Shown: piece after piece, positions 1-11,466 of the stretch | How positions within the stretch are numbered: the stretch's first letter is position 1 | Layout: every line of letters begins with the position of its first letter | Assembly: GCA_043801745.1 (NCBI GenBank) | Contig: JAZDLR010000021.1 | Coordinates: 6,018-70,017 of the forward strand | Direction of reading: 5' to 3' | DNA from: Candidatus Komeilibacteria bacterium | Lineage (GTDB): Bacteria; Patescibacteriota; Patescibacteriia; UBA1558; 2-01-FULL-52-15 | DNA length: 64,000 nt | Made by a program: the position numbers and the translations under genes | Notes under the pieces: model-generated | Database searches by the model: none | Told to the model about the DNA's origin: nothing | The model's input: only the letters and a program-made list of their open reading frames with translations

Positions 1-2
1 TG

Positions 3-584
3 CTTGCCGGTGTCAGTATTTCACGGGATAAGTCGGCACAGACACTTTATTTAGAAACTAAGGGTTTAATTGAGCAGATATTGCAGCACTATTCCTTGCC
101 TTATGAATTCCGCTCGGAAACAGTTAAGTTCGGCAGTCAGGTATTAGGTATCCAAGCTCATGATCAAAAATTTGGTCTGCTGGGAACTCTCCGGCCGGAA
201 ATAATGGAGGAACACTTTTCTGGCTACAACATTGTTTGGTGGCAGATTAATTTACAAAAAATGGTTAAGCATGCCGAAGTTCGGCGCAGCTTTACGGCTT
301 TCCCTAAATTTCCCAGTGTTGTCCGGGATTTGGCTATTGTTGTGGATCGCACTATTGCCTGGGGTGATATTTATCAACAGTTAGTTGGTAGCTCGGGTTT
401 GATAGAGGAAATTGAACTATTTGATGTCTTTGAATCGCCGCAACTGGGCGAAGGCAAGCGGTCGCTGGCTTTTTCCCTAACTTTCCGCAGCAATGAGAAA
501 ACTTTAGAATCAGCCGAAATTGATTCCTTAGTTAAGCGCATCGTGGCTGATTTAACCAAGAAATTTGGAGCTAAACAGAGGTAG
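3..584 (+). CDS. pheT: Phenylalanine--tRNA ligase beta subunit, C-terminal part (5' truncated by window)
   Basis: Frame open from window start; FDX-ACB anticodon-binding motifs KFPSVVRDLAIVVD, LFDVF, GKRSLAFSLTFR, KTL. Confidence 0.93.
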   Translation, partial: LAGVSISRDKSAQTLYLETKGLIEQILQHYSLPYEFRSETVKFGSQVLGIQAHDQKFGLLGTLRPEIMEEHFSGYNIVWWQINLQKMVKHAEVRRSFTAFPKFPSVVRDLAIVVDRTIAWGDIYQQLVGSSGLIEEIELFDVFESPQLGEGKRSLAFSLTFRSNEKTLESAEIDSLVKRIVADLTKKFGAKQR

Positions 585-606
585 CGGTTGTTTTGGTTTA
601 TCTATT

Positions 607-636
607 AAAAATAAGCGTCCCAAAACGCTTATTTTC
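607..636. terminator. Bidirectional intrinsic terminator
   Basis: aaaaataagcgt-cccaaa-acgcttattttt hairpin between convergent genes. Confidence 0.6.
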
Positions 637-708
637 TCATTTGCGAACCTCATACACGCTGCTGTACGTTGCAGCGCAAAAACTCTGACTCTGGATATTG
701 TCCGAGTT

Positions 709-990
709 TTATTTGGATGTGTCTAGCTTGCGTCTTATCAGTTCAACAAGCTGACCGCAGGTGGAAAGAAGCGAGTCCTCTCCGCCATGATGGTCAATTA
801 TATTGTTTAGGTCGGTTATATCGCTTTCGTTGACTTCACATTTTCGTGCAAGTTCGACCAGTCTAGTACCGATCGACATTAAGGAATCCTCTCCCAGGTG
901 ATGATCGAGCTGTCTGTCGAGATCCTCCAAAGTCTTCTCGTTTAAGCTCTTTTGATCCATGTTTTTTTCGGGCAGACCTTCTTTACTCAT
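709..990 (-). CDS. Small hypothetical protein with two internal repeats
   Basis: 93-aa ORF with repeated unit DHHLGEDSLMS..LVEL / DHHGGEDSLLS..LVEL. Confidence 0.6.
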   Translation of the reverse strand: MSKEGLPEKNMDQKSLNEKTLEDLDRQLDHHLGEDSLMSIGTRLVELARKCEVNESDITDLNNIIDHHGGEDSLLSTCGQLVELIRRKLDTSK

Positions 991-1235
991 ATTTTTTTAA
1001 TTAGTCAATTAATTATTTTATAATTTCCGTTACAACGTACAACTGCACAGGATATCCCTGCCCGCCAGGCGAGCAAGGCGGCTTGCCCCGCTTAGGAATA
1101 TTCAATCTCTATGGGGTGTTAGGTGAAATACTAAAAAAATTAACCATTACACATTAATTATTGTATCAATTTTTAGGTAATGCGTTACTATAGAATATAA
1201 AAAGAACCCCCCCCATGTGCGCTCTTTATTAATTT

Positions 1236-1475
1236 CTATTTTTTAGAGTCCTTGGATAGTGTGCCAAGAAGTGTTCCGTTTGGTCCTCTTTTTTCTCGAA
1301 GCACTTCTAAACGCGCCTTCTCCTCAGTAGTTAGAGGTTGTTTCGGCTCTTTGCTGATGGATGCCAAAAGACTATTTCTACTTTCTAAATCGCGTAACTC
1401 CTGCATCTCTTCAGGAGAGAGGTCATTTTGTGTTATTTCCGAAGGGTTTTCTTGTAATGGCCATTCTTTGGACAT
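1236..1475 (-). CDS. Small hypothetical charged protein
   Basis: 79-aa ATG ORF with AT-rich upstream region and same orientation as neighbours. Confidence 0.55.
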   Translation of the reverse strand: MSKEWPLQENPSEITQNDLSPEEMQELRDLESRNSLLASISKEPKQPLTTEEKARLEVLREKRGPNGTLLGTLSKDSKK

Positions 1476-1682
1476 AATGTGATGATTAGTTATTTAGTAA
1501 GAAACGATGCATGTATATTATATCAAAATTATCTAATAGCTCAAGTTTTTTGCCATTTTACCTAACTGGCCATAATATTCCTGCCCGCTAAGTGAGTAAA
1601 ACGAGGCAGGCGAACTGCCTGCCCCGCAGAGCAGAGGTAAGGCGAAGTGTTGGGTAATGTACATTTCCGCTGTTTGAATTTA

Positions 1683-2156
1683 CTATGATACTTTGATTTG
1701 GCCAGCGTTTTTTTTCGCAGTTTCTACTTCCTCTTGAGACATTGTACGGTCATTGCTGAATTTTTTTACTATCTCCGGAAACCGCGCTTCAGCTAATCTT
1801 TCTACTGCTCTGGCAGCGACGACAACAGCATTGCTAATACTATCGTCGAGATTTTCCGCCACACCAGCTACAGCTGCAATTTCCCCTAGATTATTTCTGA
1901 CATATCTGCCTATGGCATCATCCCATTCTTGAAAAGCTGTTAGTTTTTGTAAAAGCTCTAGTGTTTTTAAAATTCCCTCTTTATGGTCGTTTGTTTTTGA
2001 TGATGTACCGACTTCAGCTCTAAGTCTCATGACTTCTTCTCCTAATTTTCTCGTGTCGATGGTTTCCAAAAGTCCTTTGAGGGTTTCAATGTCCTGTTGA
2101 TATTGCGTTTCGTACATACTCTGTTCTGTTTCGAACACGTTGAAAGATCGCTCCAT
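1683..2156 (-). CDS. Hypothetical helical protein
   Basis: 157-aa ATG ORF, no recognisable motif. Confidence 0.65.
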   Translation of the reverse strand: MERSFNVFETEQSMYETQYQQDIETLKGLLETIDTRKLGEEVMRLRAEVGTSSKTNDHKEGILKTLELLQKLTAFQEWDDAIGRYVRNNLGEIAAVAGVAENLDDSISNAVVVAARAVERLAEARFPEIVKKFSNDRTMSQEEVETAKKNAGQIKVS

Positions 2157-2478
2157 AAGTATATGTTTAATTTGTTAATCCCGCGATAATTAAGTCGCAA
2201 TTGAAAATTAAGTTTTTAAGTTGGTTTCAAGAAAGGCAAGAATGAATTTCACCTAACAGTTGGTCGCCTAACCCCCTGAAATTTTAGCTAAAGTTAGCCG
2301 GCTTGTAAAGCATTATTTTACTCTTATAATGCTTAATTTAAAGCATTGAAATTGGTTAGATAAAAGTCTTGTTTTTACCCTGAATTAGTGCTATACTGTA
2401 ATAGTTAAAATGTGGCTAGAGTTAGCTATTAAATAGCGATTTTAGCTAAAAATTATACCATTATTTTTTTGTCATTAA

Positions 2479-4521
<2,043 letters not shown>

Positions 4522-4571
4522 GGGCTTGGGGCTTGTTACTTGGGGCTTGGCCGCCTCGCGTCATCACTTAC

Positions 4572-4696
4572 TGTCATTGCGAGCTTCCGCCTACGGCGGG
4601 AGCGCGGCAATCCAGTCTATACCATCTCAAAGCTAGATTGCTTCGTCGCCCAGCACCACTTGGCAGACAAGTGGTGCTGGGCTCCTCGCAAAGACA
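4572..4696. repeat. Palindromic intergenic element, family A (tgtcattgcga...gattgct...ctcgcaa(t/a)gaca), copy 1
   Basis: Terminal inverted repeat; related copies at 11325-11428 and 17899-18011. Confidence 0.85.
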
Positions 4697-4720
4697 GTAG
4701 CGAGGCGGGTAGTACTATTT

Positions 4721-5614
4721 ATGACGAATTTTGAAGATTACTTAAAAGAACGCGGCCAGTTAATCAACGATTATCTAGTCGAGCTGACCAAAGGCTCGCT
4801 TTTTAAAGATAAACTAGGCGAAGCCATGAAATATAGCTTACTCGCCGGCGGCAAGCGCCTGCGTCCGATTTTAGTTTTGGCCGCCTATGAAACTTGCGGT
4901 GGTAAGGATTTGCCATCGATGCTTCCGGTGGCGGCGGCTTTGGAATGTATTCATACATCTTCTCTGATTCATGATGATCTGCCGGCCATGGATAATGATG
5001 ACTACCGCCGCGGTAAATTAACTAATCATAAAGTTTATGGTGACGCCATGGCTATACTGGCCGGAGACGGATTATTGATCATGGCTTTTGAATTATTGAC
5101 CAGAGATGATTTAAATCCGGCGTTAGCGCCGGCTATTCGCGTTCGCTTAGTTGAAGAATTAGCTAGGGCCACCGGATCAGAGGGTATGGTTGGCGGTCAG
5201 TCAACTGACATTCTGTCTGAAGGCAAAAAGATTTCTTTAGATGAGCTGCGCAGTATTCATTCCAGAAAAACCGGAGCCCTGATTCGTGCCAGTGTGCGTA
5301 TGGGGGCTATTGGCGCGGAAATCGGGGAGGATCAGCTAGAAGCTTTAACTCAATTTAGTGACAGCGCCGGTTTAGCTTTTCAGATTGCTGATGATATTTT
5401 AAATGTTACCAGTACCCGTGAGGAGTTGGGTAAGGGCGTAGGAACTGATGTTGTTCAGGAAAAAGCCACTTATCCGCAGCTGGTCGGGTTGGATGAAGCT
5501 AAGAAGCTGGCCGAAGACGAAGTTGAGACAGCTATTAATATTTTGAATAAAATTCCGGGTAATACCGAGACGTTGAAAAGTTTGGTTAAGTATATTGTTG
5601 AACGTAAGAAATAA
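4721..5614 (+). CDS. ispA: Short-chain polyprenyl (farnesyl/geranylgeranyl) diphosphate synthase
   Basis: GGKRLRP, FARM LIHDDLPAMDNDDYRRG, GGQ, KTGALI, SARM FQIADD, KATYP. Confidence 0.9.
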   Translation: MTNFEDYLKERGQLINDYLVELTKGSLFKDKLGEAMKYSLLAGGKRLRPILVLAAYETCGGKDLPSMLPVAAALECIHTSSLIHDDLPAMDNDDYRRGKLTNHKVYGDAMAILAGDGLLIMAFELLTRDDLNPALAPAIRVRLVEELARATGSEGMVGGQSTDILSEGKKISLDELRSIHSRKTGALIRASVRMGAIGAEIGEDQLEALTQFSDSAGLAFQIADDILNVTSTREELGKGVGTDVVQEKATYPQLVGLDEAKKLAEDEVETAINILNKIPGNTETLKSLVKYIVERKK

Positions 5615-5652
5615 TTTTTTAACGAATTAGCCTCATAATTTGACGGAGTTGA

Positions 5653-5681
5653 TTCCGTTAGAATCTTTGTTTCTAACGGAG
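5653..5681. repeat. TTGA-flanked palindromic element, family B (ccgttaga...tctaacgg)
   Basis: ttga|ttccgttagaatctttgtttctaacggag|ttgaca; related copies at 8452, 50099 and 55507. Confidence 0.75.
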
Positions 5682-5738
5682 TTGACAACCGGCAGCCTGG
5701 CGTTAAACTTTAAGTAGTAATAAATTAACAGTAAAACT

Positions 5739-6245
5739 ATGCCCAGCAAAAAACAAAAAAAAGCTAGTCGAAAAAATATTGTCGCAGCGCAGAAACGCTG
5801 GCAATCAATGACACATTTTCACAGAGCCTTAGCTCAACCCCAAGGCCGGGCGCGGCTAAAGCCAGGTTCAACCGGTAAGGGCGAATTTTATCATATCGTG
5901 GTGCGGCCCAAAGAAGAGTTTACCAGTTTCCGTAATCAGGACGTGGGTAAGAAAGGGCACCTAGAACGGTTAGCTGGACGGCGTTCCAGCGGATCGTGGG
6001 CCACGCAAACTTGGTTGATCGGTAAAACTGATGCCACTGTTAAAAACGGTAAACTAATAGCTAAATCACCGGCAGCCAAAAAATTATTTGCCACTTTAGG
6101 TTCAGTACCAAGTTGGGTCAAGGGCGATATCTTTCAAGCTAAGGACAGGCGTAATATTCCGGAAAAGGACAAGCCGACCCTGGCGCAGCGCCGCGCTCAA
6201 GCTAAAAATATTAAGAAGGCTCAGGCAGCACGCCGCCGGCGTTAA
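5739..6245 (+). CDS. Hypothetical highly basic protein
   Basis: 168-aa ATG ORF, Lys/Arg-rich termini with repeated KNIxxAQ motif; TTGACA at 5682 upstream. Confidence 0.75.
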   Translation: MPSKKQKKASRKNIVAAQKRWQSMTHFHRALAQPQGRARLKPGSTGKGEFYHIVVRPKEEFTSFRNQDVGKKGHLERLAGRRSSGSWATQTWLIGKTDATVKNGKLIAKSPAAKKLFATLGSVPSWVKGDIFQAKDRRNIPEKDKPTLAQRRAQAKNIKKAQAARRRR

Positions 6246-6375
6246 GTTTCGCGGCAATAGTAGGTAGGCGCACTTGTATTTACAGAGTTTTTTTGTTATT
6301 ATTCTGTAGTAACAAGCCGCCATGGGCGGTTTTAAAATAGCCTTTAGCTATATTTGGCTAAAGTTAGCAAAAATT

Positions 6376-6558
6376 ATGAATAAAATTATCAACTATTTAC
6401 GCGGCGCCAGGGTAGAACTGATGAAAGTAGCCTGGCCAACTAGACAACAGACCACCAAATATACCATTGAGGTGGTGGTTATTTCCGCCGGTATAGCCTT
6501 ATTTTTGGGGTTGCTGGATTATATAATCAGCACTGTTTTGCAGCTATTTTTACGTTAA
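6376..6558 (+). CDS. secE: Preprotein translocase subunit SecE
   Basis: ELMKVAWPT motif, one TM helix, directly upstream of nusG; ATG at 6376 chosen. Confidence 0.93.
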   Translation: MNKIINYLRGARVELMKVAWPTRQQTTKYTIEVVVISAGIALFLGLLDYIISTVLQLFLR

Positions 6559-6564
6559 ATCTCT

Positions 6565-7110
6565 ATGGCTAAACAAAATTTACAGCAAGGTCGCCGTTGG
6601 TATGCGCTTCATACCTATTCCGGTTATGAGGAAAACGTCTCTCGTAATCTGAAGCAGCGCATTGAATCCATGGATATGGAAGATAAAATTTTTGATGTTT
6701 TGATTCCGACCGAAACCAAGATCAAGATTAAGAATGGTAAACGCCGTACAGTACGCGAGAAAATATTTCCTGGCTACGTGCTGGTTAACATGATCGTAAC
6801 TGACGCTTCCTGGTATGTGGTGCGCAATACCCCTAATGTCACAGGATTTATCGGTACCGGTACTATCCCGACTCCGGTGGCGGATGAAGAAATAAAGTCC
6901 CTGCAGCAGCGTATGGGTGTAGAAGAGCCGGAATACAAGATTGATATTTCTGTTGGTCAGATGGTTAAGATTGTTGATGGACCGTTTAAGAATTACGAAG
7001 GTAAGGCCAGCGAAATTGACGAGGCCCGCGGCAAAGTTAAAGTTCTGATTTCTGTTTTTGGCCGGGAAACTCCGGTTGAGCTGGACTTTTTACAGGTTAA
7101 GAAGATGTAA
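6565..7110 (+). CDS. nusG: Transcription termination/antitermination factor NusG
   Basis: WYALHTYSGYE, FPGYVLV, VRNTPNVTGFIG, KOW motif, FGRETPVEL. Confidence 0.98.
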   Translation: MAKQNLQQGRRWYALHTYSGYEENVSRNLKQRIESMDMEDKIFDVLIPTETKIKIKNGKRRTVREKIFPGYVLVNMIVTDASWYVVRNTPNVTGFIGTGTIPTPVADEEIKSLQQRMGVEEPEYKIDISVGQMVKIVDGPFKNYEGKASEIDEARGKVKVLISVFGRETPVELDFLQVKKM

Positions 7111-7191
7111 GATTAGTTGAAAGTTATAAGTTGAAAGTTAAAAGACGAGTTGATGCTTCTAGTCAACTCATAAGAAATTAAGATAATATTT

Positions 7192-7617
7192 ATGGCTAAA
7201 CCAATTAAAGCCTTAGTAAAATTGCAGATCATGGGTGGTGCGGCTACGCCGGCTCCGCCAGTAGGAACTGCGCTCGGACCGCACGGTGTTAATATTCAGG
7301 ATTTTTGCGCCAAGTTTAATGAAGCGACCAAAGATAAGCGTGGTACCACGGTGCCGATTGATTTGACGATTTATGAAGACCGCACTTTTACTTTTATCCT
7401 GAAAACTCCGCCAGCTTCGGAACTATTAAAGAAAGCTGCCGGTATTGAGAAAGGTTCAGGCAAGCCGTTACAGGAAAAAGTCGGCAGCGTGACCAAAGCG
7501 CAGGTACGGCAGATCGCCGAAGTGAAAATGCCGGATTTAAATGCCAATGATATTGAAGCCGCAATGAAGATTATTGAAGGCACGGCGCGGCAGATGGGAA
7601 TAACAATCAGGGACTAG
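7192..7617 (+). CDS. rplK: 50S ribosomal protein L11
   Basis: [38 protein letters not shown]. Confidence 0.98.
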   Translation: MAKPIKALVKLQIMGGAATPAPPVGTALGPHGVNIQDFCAKFNEATKDKRGTTVPIDLTIYEDRTFTFILKTPPASELLKKAAGIEKGSGKPLQEKVGSVTKAQVRQIAEVKMPDLNANDIEAAMKIIEGTARQMGITIRD

Positions 7618-7672
7618 GGACTTGGGGCTTGGGACTGGAATCGCTATTCCGTAGCTCACCTATTTAATTAAA

Positions 7673-7704
7673 GTGGGACCGCGTTGAACGCGGGCTATAA
7701 CCAC
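7673..7704 (+). promoter_or_regulatory. L1 autoregulatory mRNA site (L1 leader)
   Basis: gtggga-ccgcgttgaacgcgg-gctataaccac between rplK and rplA, resembling the GUGGGA..CUAUAACCAC L1-binding motif. Confidence 0.7.
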
Positions 7705-7719
7705 ACAAATTACAACATT

Positions 7720-8400
7720 ATGAAAATCAGTAAAAGAATGCAGGCCCAGAAGGCCAAGTTAGAAGCCGGAAAAGTTTATCCCTTAGCCGAAAGCATTGCT
7801 TTGGTTAAAGATACTTCCGGCGTTAAGTTTGATGCTACGATCGAAGTTCACGTCAAATTGGGAATTGATCCGAAACAGAGTGACCAGTTAGTTCGCGCTA
7901 CAGTTGCCTTGCCGCACGGCACAGGAAAATCGGTTAAAGTCGCTGCTTTTGTTCCGGAAGATTTGGTAGCTGAAGCCAAGAAAGCCGGCGCTGACATTGT
8001 CGGCAACAAGGAGCTAATTGAAGAGATCAAGAAAACCGGCAAATGTGATTTTGCCGTGGCTATTGCTACGCCAGATATGATGAAAGATTTGTCGGCTATC
8101 GCCCGTATCTTAGGTCAGAAAGGCTTAATGCCTAATCCTAAAACTGGCACTATTACCACTAAAGTTGGTCAGACGGTAACTGAACTTAAGGCTGGCAAAA
8201 TCAGCTTTAAGAATGATTCTTTCGGTAATGTCCACGTGGTCATTGGTAAGGTATCATTTGACCCGGCTAAATTGACCGAGAACTTTGAGGCTTTTGCTAA
8301 AGCTTTAAAAAGTGTCAAACCGGAAAAGATGAAAGGCATTTACATTAAGGGAATTTATCTGACCTCATCCATGGGACCGGCGATCAAAGTGAGTCTGTAA
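7720..8400 (+). CDS. rplA: 50S ribosomal protein L1
   Basis: KFDAT, LGIDP, LPHGTGK, LGQKGLMPNPKTGT, SSMGP; ATG at 7720. Confidence 0.98.
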   Translation: MKISKRMQAQKAKLEAGKVYPLAESIALVKDTSGVKFDATIEVHVKLGIDPKQSDQLVRATVALPHGTGKSVKVAAFVPEDLVAEAKKAGADIVGNKELIEEIKKTGKCDFAVAIATPDMMKDLSAIARILGQKGLMPNPKTGTITTKVGQTVTELKAGKISFKNDSFGNVHVVIGKVSFDPAKLTENFEAFAKALKSVKPEKMKGIYIKGIYLTSSMGPAIKVSL

Positions 8401-8451
8401 TCAAAATTTTGACAAAAGGCCTGATTAAATATCGGGTTTTTTGTATTACTG

Positions 8452-8481
8452 CCCCGTTAGAAGCGTTTCCTTATAACGGGG
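8452..8481. repeat. Family B palindromic element abutting a TTGACA box
   Basis: ccccgttag...taacgggg followed by ttgaca (8482-8487). Confidence 0.7.
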
Positions 8482-8583
8482 TTGACATTTTTTGATTAAG
8501 ATTGTAGTGTCTAGTATCCGCACTTTGACAGAATTTTTTTTGAATCTGCGCCGTTTCCACCCCAAACCAGGAGGTAGTAATCT

Positions 8584-9408
8584 ATGTCCAGAAGCGATAA
8601 GTATTTGCGAATGTTGATGGCTGGTGCCATTGGCGCCATGATCGGCACGGTCGCGGCTCTGATCTTCAGCTGGTCGTTGATTCCTATGATGTGTTTTGGA
8701 GGCATTATCGGTTTCGTCGGCTATGCTCCGCGGAAGTTCGTGGCCGGAATTGCGCCAGCTTGGCGCAGCGCCAGATATCGTGTCGCACCTGTTGGTCCGG
8801 GGATCATGCAGGTCTGCCGGCGGCTGTGGACACATAAGAAGATGGTGTTCTGGGCCTGGTTGTTTTCTTTCGTTATGATACTTTGGATGTCCCAGCTTTT
8901 TATTCCACTTGTTATTCATTCAACAGTTGAAGAGCGTTCCGCAACACTACGGACGTTGTTTGGGATGTGGGTTTTCTTGTCTACATTCAGCGCTGCATTA
9001 TTTGTGGGAGCTCAGGAAGACGAGACGCGAGTTCAGACTGATGGCGCTTTTTTCCGCACCGTAAGCCTTCACGGTAATCCGATCAGCGCCGCTTTCTACA
9101 TCCTGCGGGCGTTGCTCTACTATCTGCCTCGCTGGGCTTGGCGACAGCTGCCGCAGTGGGGTAGATTCTTCGGGGCATTCTTCATTGCTTGGATGCGGTT
9201 TACCTACTCCCATGAGCGGCTCTTCGCTGGCTTTGGAGCAGCGCTCGGCACCCTGCTTGGCACTTTGTACGGCAGACATAGCGGACAGTTGTTTCCGGCA
9301 GCCATGATCGGTGCTTTAGCAGGTGGAGTGTCGACAGTGGCTGGGAATTTCGTGTTCCGTCTGCTTCTGTTGCGGTTTGATCCGGCGGCCGTGAAGCAGA
9401 GGATCTGA
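8584..9408 (+). CDS. Hypothetical multi-pass membrane protein (accessory)
   Basis: 274 aa with several hydrophobic Gly-rich segments; SD aggagg; own promoter and terminator. Confidence 0.75.
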   Translation: MSRSDKYLRMLMAGAIGAMIGTVAALIFSWSLIPMMCFGGIIGFVGYAPRKFVAGIAPAWRSARYRVAPVGPGIMQVCRRLWTHKKMVFWAWLFSFVMILWMSQLFIPLVIHSTVEERSATLRTLFGMWVFLSTFSAALFVGAQEDETRVQTDGAFFRTVSLHGNPISAAFYILRALLYYLPRWAWRQLPQWGRFFGAFFIAWMRFTYSHERLFAGFGAALGTLLGTLYGRHSGQLFPAAMIGALAGGVSTVAGNFVFRLLLLRFDPAAVKQRI

Positions 9409-9423
9409 TACAAGGAGAACTTT

Positions 9424-9471
9424 GGCGGCGGAGTTAGCTGTTTCATTCAGCTGATTCCGCCGTCTTTTTTT
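9424..9471 (+). terminator. Intrinsic terminator
   Basis: ggcggcggagttagctg-loop-cagctgattccgccgtc followed by T tract. Confidence 0.75.
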
Positions 9472-9501
9472 ATCTTCTGAAATATAAATGTTGAATCCTC
9501 C

Positions 9502-9693
9502 CTAAGGGGAGGATTCATTGTCTGGCTGTTGGGCTTTTTTTTGGTAGGCACGCAGCAGCCGCAGGACCGGGTGGAGATAGCCGTTTTTGGCTTCTCGGAC
9601 ACGCGCTTTTAGCAGAGCCTGCTGCAGGCGATGTGCAATGTCGGCTACCATGACCGGCTGGGTGCTGGTCTTTTCGCTCTTTTTATCGCTCAT
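9502..9693 (-). CDS. Small hypothetical protein (63 aa)
   Basis: ATG at 9693 preceded by SD aggagg; MSDKKSEK... Confidence 0.55.
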   Translation of the reverse strand: MSDKKSEKTSTQPVMVADIAHRLQQALLKARVREAKNGYLHPVLRLLRAYQKKAQQPDNESSP

Positions 9694-9809
9694 GAGCCCT
9701 CCTGAGGAACGAGACGCCTGAACTCTACGATGGAACCGGTCAGCCGTCAAGTTTAAATAGTCACTGCCCTTTGGTACAATACAGTCAGCTAATTTTTTAC
9801 TTATCAACA

Positions 9810-10334
9810 ATGACTGTACCTAGACCCTCGTGGGACGATTATTTCATGGCTATGACGCGTATCGTGGCTACGCGTAGCTCTTGTGACCGTTTGTCCGCCG
9901 GAGCTATTTTAGTTAAGCAAAAACGCATTATTGCCACTGGCTATAATGGCGCGCCTCCGGGTCAGCCGAATTGCAATGAGGTTGGTCATTTATTGGAAGA
10001 CGGTCACTGCGTGCGCACGATTCATGCCGAACATAATGCCATTTTGCAGGTGTCACTGTTGCAGGGTTCCAGCACAGAAGGATCCACTTTATATATTAAT
10101 TACAGTCCCTGTATTCACTGTGCTAAATATATTTTAGCCGCTGGGATTAAAAAAATCGTAATTGGTAAAATATACCGCACGCCGCAAGTGGTTGATTATC
10201 TGAAGCAGGCGGGTCTGGAAGTGGTGTTGTATCAGAGAAATGCGGCCTGGGATGAAGGATTGTCGGAAATGTTTAAGCATGAAATAGAGGATAGGAAAGC
10301 GCCGGAAGGTAACATAACTTTAACCAATGGCTAA
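9810..10334 (+). CDS. dCMP deaminase (ComEB family)
   Basis: RPSWDDYFM, RSSC, TGYNG, HAEHNA, PCIHC zinc motifs. Confidence 0.93.
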   Translation: MTVPRPSWDDYFMAMTRIVATRSSCDRLSAGAILVKQKRIIATGYNGAPPGQPNCNEVGHLLEDGHCVRTIHAEHNAILQVSLLQGSSTEGSTLYINYSPCIHCAKYILAAGIKKIVIGKIYRTPQVVDYLKQAGLEVVLYQRNAAWDEGLSEMFKHEIEDRKAPEGNITLTNG

Positions 10335-10893
10335 AATAATTCTGGGATTTACCGGGTTGATGTGTTGTGGCAAAGGAACGATTAATGTTTACCTGTCTTC
10401 ACATTACGGCGCCGCAACTTATCGCTATTCTACTATGATACGCGATGTTCTTGATCGCTTATATTTACCGCACAGCCGGGATAATATGAGTCATTTATCG
10501 ACTTTGTTACGGCAAGAATTTGGCGAAGATTTAATGGCCAAAGTTATGGCCCGCGACGTGACGAAAGCTGCCGAGTCACTGATCGCTATTGATGGCATTC
10601 GCCGGCCAATGGACGTGTCCAGTTTGAGAGAACTGCCGGAATTTAAATTAGTGGCTATCAATGCCGCTGAAGAGGTGCGTTATCAGCGCTTGATTAACCG
10701 CGGGGAAAATCCGGATGATAAAACGAAAACCCGGGAGCAGTTCCGCGCCGATCATTTATTGGAAACCGAGGCCTCAATTCCCGGTGCTATGGCCGAAGCG
10801 GATTTTCAATTGGATAATAACGGCGCCTTGGAGCAGTTATATCAGCAGTTAGATGATTTGTTAAAAAAATTGGGCTATGAAGGTAAAATTTAA
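10327..10893 (+). CDS. P-loop nucleotide kinase (dephospho-CoA/NMP-kinase-like)
   Basis: GFTGLMCCGKGT Walker A, IDGIRR, RYQRL..R, ADFQLDNNG. Confidence 0.8.
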   Translation: MAKIILGFTGLMCCGKGTINVYLSSHYGAATYRYSTMIRDVLDRLYLPHSRDNMSHLSTLLRQEFGEDLMAKVMARDVTKAAESLIAIDGIRRPMDVSSLRELPEFKLVAINAAEEVRYQRLINRGENPDDKTKTREQFRADHLLETEASIPGAMAEADFQLDNNGALEQLYQQLDDLLKKLGYEGKI

Positions 10894-11299
10894 AAAGTTA
10901 AATCCCGATGTCAGATTGCCGGAGTATAGTCATAGCGGCGACGCTGGGGCTAATGTATTTTCTTTGGAAGATAAAGTGATTAAAGCCGGGCAACGGGAAA
11001 CTTTTCATCTGGGTTTTGCTACAGAATTTCCGGCCACACATGTTGGTTTGATCTGGGACCGCGGCGGATTAGCAGCTCTGCAGGGCCTGACATGTTTAGC
11101 TGGCGTGGCGGATGCTAATTATCGCGGTGAGTGGGTGCTAGTTTTGTTAAATACCTCAGATCAGGATTATCAGGTGAAGAAAGGCGACAAGATCGCGCAG
11201 ATTTTGTTTCAGCCGATTGAAGTGGTTGAATTTGAAGTTGTTGATCAGCTAAGCGAGACCAGTAGAGGAGAGGGGAAGTTTGGATCAACGGGCAGATAA
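10877..11299 (+). CDS. dut: dUTP diphosphatase (trimeric)
   Basis: GDAG, RGGLA, GVADANYRGE, GDKIAQ, RGEGKFGSTG. Confidence 0.95.
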   Translation: MKVKFKKLNPDVRLPEYSHSGDAGANVFSLEDKVIKAGQRETFHLGFATEFPATHVGLIWDRGGLAALQGLTCLAGVADANYRGEWVLVLLNTSDQDYQVKKGDKIAQILFQPIEVVEFEVVDQLSETSRGEGKFGSTGR

Positions 11300-11324
11300 T
11301 TAAATGGAACGCCCGTTTCGTTTC

Positions 11325-11428
11325 TGTCATTGCGAACCGCGTCCGACGCGGGAAGCAATCTGTAACAGATTGCTTCGTCGCCCTTCGACCTTCGACAAGC
11401 TCAGGTCTTGGGACTCCTCGCAATGACA
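11325..11428. repeat. Family A palindromic element, copy 2
   Basis: tgtcattgcgaa...gcaatctgtaacagattgcttcg...ctcgcaatgaca, with nested cttcgacaagctcagg. Confidence 0.85.
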
Positions 11429-11466
11429 ATGATGGTGTGCGGACAACTTACAATAAATAACTAACA

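Noticed and set aside
4540-4734. Short ORFs over palindromic repeats (also 11115-11429, 17797-18012, 39935-40165, 48697-48936)
   Set aside because: They are translations of repeat elements with no independent coding signal.
6246-6375. tRNA-Trp expected upstream of secE
   Set aside because: No cloverleaf, T-loop (GTTCGA) or CCA end visible.
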